A stretch of 64,000 nt of DNA from Nitrospirota bacterium (GTDB lineage: Bacteria; Nitrospirota; UBA9217). The notes under the pieces are model-generated. The model was not told the origin of the DNA and ran no database searches. It was given only the letters and a program-made list of their open reading frames with translations. The stretch lies in contig CAWBNQ010000005.1 in assembly GCA_963790205.1 (NCBI GenBank), positions 320,001-384,000 of the forward strand, read 5' to 3'. Below are positions 60,201 through 64,000 of the stretch, one piece after another; position 1 is the stretch's first letter, and each line of letters opens with the position of its first letter. A program made the position numbers and the translations under genes.

Positions 60201-61175
60201 TTATTTGCCGCCGAACTTTACAACGTCCCCTTCTTTGAAGCCAATGCCGGAAGTGATTACTGCCAACGACATGTCGGCCCTGTCTCCGATGTCATTTTTT
60301 TGAATAAGGACCTGTCCTACTTTATCCTCTGTTGTTCCTATTTTAATGTGCGTGTCAGGATCGATGATATCTTCGCCTACCCGATACACGTCAAGCCTGT
60401 CCCCGATTTTCAGGCCGGTCTTTTCCCCGGCGTTGATATAGACCTGTTTGCCGGAGACTTTTGCGATCTTGCCTTTCCACGGCTGACTTTCCAGTTGTTT
60501 CATCATGTTGACCATGGCTTTGGTGAGGGCGTCCCGCAGCGCGCCGTCACGCAGATCGGTATCATAAGCCGCTTTGGTCCCCATGCCGAGAACCGATCCC
60601 ACCTTTTTTTCATAAATCCCTTCTCCGGAATCAGCCATCAGTTGAACGCCGGTCGAAGTATCGACAATCCGATAATCGACACCGACCCTGGCAATCTGCT
60701 TTTTGCCCTTACTGACAAGGTAATCGTATCCCTCTTCCGTCTCGGAATAAGAAGTTATCGACCCAGTCACGATCGCATTCAGGCCCAAAATCTGGCCCAT
60801 TTTTGCGGCCGTGTCGGGATTGATCGCTCCTGTCGCGCCCATGCGCTGCTGTTCGAGGATCGATTCCATGTCCTGCTGGGGAATAACGATAAACCGTCCC
60901 GTTTTTTGCAGGATCGTGCCGAGAATATCAGCCGCAGCCTCCCCGACGCCAAGCACCCTCGAAGGAGTTTTGTTCTGGAAATTCACAACACCGACCCGGA
61001 GTTTCGGCCCCTTGTAATCCGAGGTATCGCTCGCTGTTGCCAGTTCCTTTGACGTACCGGTCAGGGTAGTGTCGTCCTTCACCGCCCCCGAAGTAGTAGG
61101 TGAGCAACTGCTTACAAGCAATGCCAGCACTCCCAAACACACACACATACTCATGAACCGTTTCCACGTACTCAT
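60201..61175 (-). CDS. CsgG/HfaB-family lipoprotein with FlgT-like C-terminus
   Basis: Lipobox, VGVVNF, TGRFIV, TAAKMG..IVTGSIT and VYINAG motifs. Confidence 0.85.
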   Translation of the reverse strand: MSTWKRFMSMCVCLGVLALLVSSCSPTTSGAVKDDTTLTGTSKELATASDTSDYKGPKLRVGVVNFQNKTPSRVLGVGEAAADILGTILQKTGRFIVIPQQDMESILEQQRMGATGAINPDTAAKMGQILGLNAIVTGSITSYSETEEGYDYLVSKGKKQIARVGVDYRIVDTSTGVQLMADSGEGIYEKKVGSVLGMGTKAAYDTDLRDGALRDALTKAMVNMMKQLESQPWKGKIAKVSGKQVYINAGEKTGLKIGDRLDVYRVGEDIIDPDTHIKIGTTEDKVGQVLIQKNDIGDRADMSLAVITSGIGFKEGDVVKFGGK

Positions 61176-61216
61176 GCTCTTATCCTCCTTGGTGGTTAGT
61201 AATTTTGTTAATACCG

Positions 61217-62584
61217 TTAATCCTTCTTCTCCGGCATCATCAACTCCTTAAAATCTTTCGCTTCCATGTATCCGGACGGGATCTCAAAGAGAGACGCCTC
61301 GGGCCGATTGAGCACGACGTGTTTAAGCTCCGTGGTCATCTTGAAGGCGTCATTCTCCGTCTCGGTTTTAATGGTCATGCCTCCGAGATCCCTGGCATTC
61401 CATATAAACCCTTCGGAGACCTTACCGTCCGTATAAATGATGCGGACCTTGAATTTGTCCGTCGGATGGCCATCGATCGTTTCGTTCCCCACTTTGGTCT
61501 TTTCGATCTTCGGCTCATCTCCTTTTTCTTTCTCTGTCTCCGGCTCGGCCATATATCTCTTTTTGTCAGGATAAAGCGTATACCTTATCTGTTTATCACC
61601 CCGGCTTATCACGACCATCCTGCTCAGTTCAGGCTGCATTCCCTGCTGGCCCTTGGCCATCCTGGACAAGTCCATGTCGGACCTGAATTTTTCTCCGGCT
61701 TTCGCGATCGATGCTTCCATGACGCTGGTATCGTTCTTGCCCTTGTTGACGGTCGTCGAAACCATGAGTGCCGAAAAATCCCTTTTCCCGAATTCCATAT
61801 GGCCGAAGGAAGGTGGCTCAGGGGCCTTGACAGCGGGCGCCCCGAACGTGGGCATCGGTGCTGCGGCAGCGGTGCCCGGCCCCCAGCCCAAATTGTCCGT
61901 CACCCGTCTTGCCAACTCCGTGGATTCGTAATCCAGATGTTTTCCGATGGCCTTCATAAAAAGCTTGGAGCCCAGTTCCACGGCGAAAGACTTGCCAACA
62001 TTGTCAGTGCCCGACATCGTGCTCCCGATCGTCACCCACGGCGCTTCCTTGTCCCGCGAGTCCGAGACCCTCGCAAGAGCACTGGCGGCGATCCCTGCGT
62101 TCCCAGACATCCTCACCTCGTCACGCACACCGAGCCCCCGCGCCCATACGGTCTGCCCCGTTTGCGTGTCGACCAGGTGGAATTTGCCGCGCACTTTCTT
62201 TACGCTTAAAATGCCCGTGGTCGTTTCATCGAAATCCATGAGGGTCCCGTACAGGACGCCCTCCACGCCAAGCGTCTCGCCAAGCTTCTGGGCAGTCGTC
62301 ATGTCCAGCTGTCCTCCGAGGTTGATCCCCATCTGATCCCGAAGGATCTGGTCCGTTTCTTTCATGTCTTTGACTACATACGATCGGCGCTCCAACGCCT
62401 CCGCCATCTTTTGCCTTACGATATTAGGACCGTCCACATCGGTGGTGTCGTTCTTCATGGGAAGAACAGCGACCCGTTTGAGCGGATTGCCCGGATCGTA
62501 GGGGAGCGGCGGGTGGGGTAGATTGCAGCCCGCAAAGAAGAAGAGCAATGCAAGCACTGCGGAATACTTGATCAACTTCACCAT
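61217..62584 (-). CDS. DUF799/GNA1162-like lipoprotein fused to a DUF4412-like domain
   Basis: Lipobox FAGC and VAVLP; C-terminal ETIDGH..K and LFEIPSGY. Confidence 0.75.
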   Translation of the reverse strand: MVKLIKYSAVLALLFFFAGCNLPHPPLPYDPGNPLKRVAVLPMKNDTTDVDGPNIVRQKMAEALERRSYVVKDMKETDQILRDQMGINLGGQLDMTTAQKLGETLGVEGVLYGTLMDFDETTTGILSVKKVRGKFHLVDTQTGQTVWARGLGVRDEVRMSGNAGIAASALARVSDSRDKEAPWVTIGSTMSGTDNVGKSFAVELGSKLFMKAIGKHLDYESTELARRVTDNLGWGPGTAAAAPMPTFGAPAVKAPEPPSFGHMEFGKRDFSALMVSTTVNKGKNDTSVMEASIAKAGEKFRSDMDLSRMAKGQQGMQPELSRMVVISRGDKQIRYTLYPDKKRYMAEPETEKEKGDEPKIEKTKVGNETIDGHPTDKFKVRIIYTDGKVSEGFIWNARDLGGMTIKTETENDAFKMTTELKHVVLNRPEASLFEIPSGYMEAKDFKELMMPEKKD

Positions 62585-63328
62585 CGTGCACTCCTTGTAT
62601 TGGGCAGAATGACCTGGGCTGGGAATATTCTACGGTGCTCTATCCTGAGTTGAATAGGATACCTTACATAAATCGGGAATGGCTGTCAAGCTCTCTCATC
62701 AGAAAAAACGGAACGGAATGATCAGGCGCTTCCTCAAAGAGAATACGCTTCGACGACCCCCGGCAAAAGAGCCGGTTTCAGCCCCAGTCCCCTGGCGTTA
62801 ATCACAGTCCCGTTGCACTGCCGCCTTTAAAGTCCACGGTGGCCCCGGTTTGAGGGGCGGGTTGAGGCGGCGACGGCGCGGTCTTGATCGGCACTGACTT
62901 CTTCTCGGGCTGAGCAGAAGCAAGTTTGAAGGATTCGTTGAAATAATCGGGGTTTCACATTATCATAAACCACATCATAAACTACGGCGTGCTCACCATC
63001 AAGCACCCGGAAACTGGCGTCGGCGGTCCCGGAGAGCATTCCGGAAAAAACAACTATGAAAGGAAAAGAGCCGTTTTATTCTCATGGCATTAAAAAAGCC
63101 CGCCCCGGACTGAAAGAGGGCGGGCATGATCGGGCTTGTTAAAACTTCAATTGGTCCTTGAATGCGCGAATCGCGAGCAAGGCATCAGCGCACGATACGG
63201 AGTCGCCTGGCCTGAACTCACCCGTCGCTTTACCGGCCTCACGATAGCCCCTCGTCGTAGCGGTCATGGCGGCGTTGGGCGGGAAGATCGTTCTCGTCCC
63301 CTCTTGTGTCCTGATGCCTCCGGAACGA

Positions 63329-64000
63329 TCAGTCGACGAGGACGATGACCCTGCACTTTTCAAGCATGTTAAAATTCTGTGTTGCGCTCTGCAGGGCGGC
63401 GGCGTCTGCATTGGAAATCACCATGTCGATACGACCGTCGCCGGATACCCTGAGCGCCTTCACCATGAGGGGCTTGTCGGTAACCCGTGGATTGGTCTGG
63501 GCCGAGGCCGGGTCCTTCAGATACCCTACCATGCCTTCGCGTACGGCCCAATCCCTGTTGGTCCAGGCTGAGCCGTAGACTTCTTTGCCGTCTTCATTCA
63601 GGATCTTGGGCGCCATTGCCGGCCTGACACCGAGTCCGCGCGCGTCTACGATCAGGCCGGTATAGATCTGGCCCGTGGCCGCTGATGCGGCGCCAACAGG
63701 CGGTACCGGCGGCGTTGTCTGCCCCTTCGGTAAAAGAGCATCAGCCAGAGCGCCGGTGAGCTTCATTCCCACGGTGACTTCAACGGAACCATCGGACATG
63801 TATTTTTTATTCATAATCATGGCGCCCTGGATAAAGCCACTCACCTCGGTTTTGATAACGTCGCTGGTGACCATGAAGTTCTCTACGGTGGTGGTTGAAT
63901 CTACCCGCACTCCTTTTACCGCCTCAAGCAGGTTTCGATAGGCCACCGCCTGCGCCGCGCGTTCAGTCATGGCGCGCGCCTGGGCGGCGTTCGCGGACTG
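63329..64000 (-). CDS. LPP20-like lipoprotein (truncated by window edge)
   Basis: AYRNLLEAVKGVRVDSTTTV, YTGLIVDARG and PAMAPKI motifs. Confidence 0.8.
   Translation of the reverse strand, partial: QSANAAQARAMTERAAQAVAYRNLLEAVKGVRVDSTTTVENFMVTSDVIKTEVSGFIQGAMIMNKKYMSDGSVEVTVGMKLTGALADALLPKGQTTPPVPPVGAASAATGQIYTGLIVDARGLGVRPAMAPKILNEDGKEVYGSAWTNRDWAVREGMVGYLKDPASAQTNPRVTDKPLMVKALRVSGDGRIDMVISNADAAALQSATQNFNMLEKCRVIVLVD

Noticed and set aside
62590..63320. Genes or RNA in the gap between lipoprotein genes
   Set aside because: Only short ORFs without motifs and a probable terminator near 63091-63126; nothing supportable

Overview
Bacterial chromosomal window, roughly 55% GC; the gene content suggests Nitrospirota or a similar anaerobe, which is inference only. 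Bases ~1-15.5 kb are one end of an integrative mobilizable element in tRNA-Ala(CGC). It carries a tyrosine integrase and xis, an XRE repressor with repeated operators, a phage-type Rep with an internal iteron origin, a MOBF relaxase-helicase, an oriT-like region, an RHH gene, parM/parR and a TraD-like coupling protein; no mating-pair genes are visible. Core and accessory genes follow: ridA, relA/spoT, recJ, tatA, mobA, a putative copper cluster with a leader ORF, a C1 peptidase and dcd. An IS-rich patch contains a Y1/RAYT transposase with perfect terminal inverted repeats, an IS110 and an IS1202-like element. The IS110 3' non-coding end appears to pack target and donor guides into one internal loop. 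Further right are a MacAB-TolC operon with a START/SRPBCC gene and a bacterial ceramide cluster (cerR-spt-bcerS) next to an Aur1/IPC-synthase-like gene and a Dgk1-like kinase. The window ends with a Fur/Feo/Bfr iron region and a CsgG-lipoprotein cluster. Six +1 frameshifts in unrelated genes look like sequencing errors. All calls come from motif recognition; no databases were searched.
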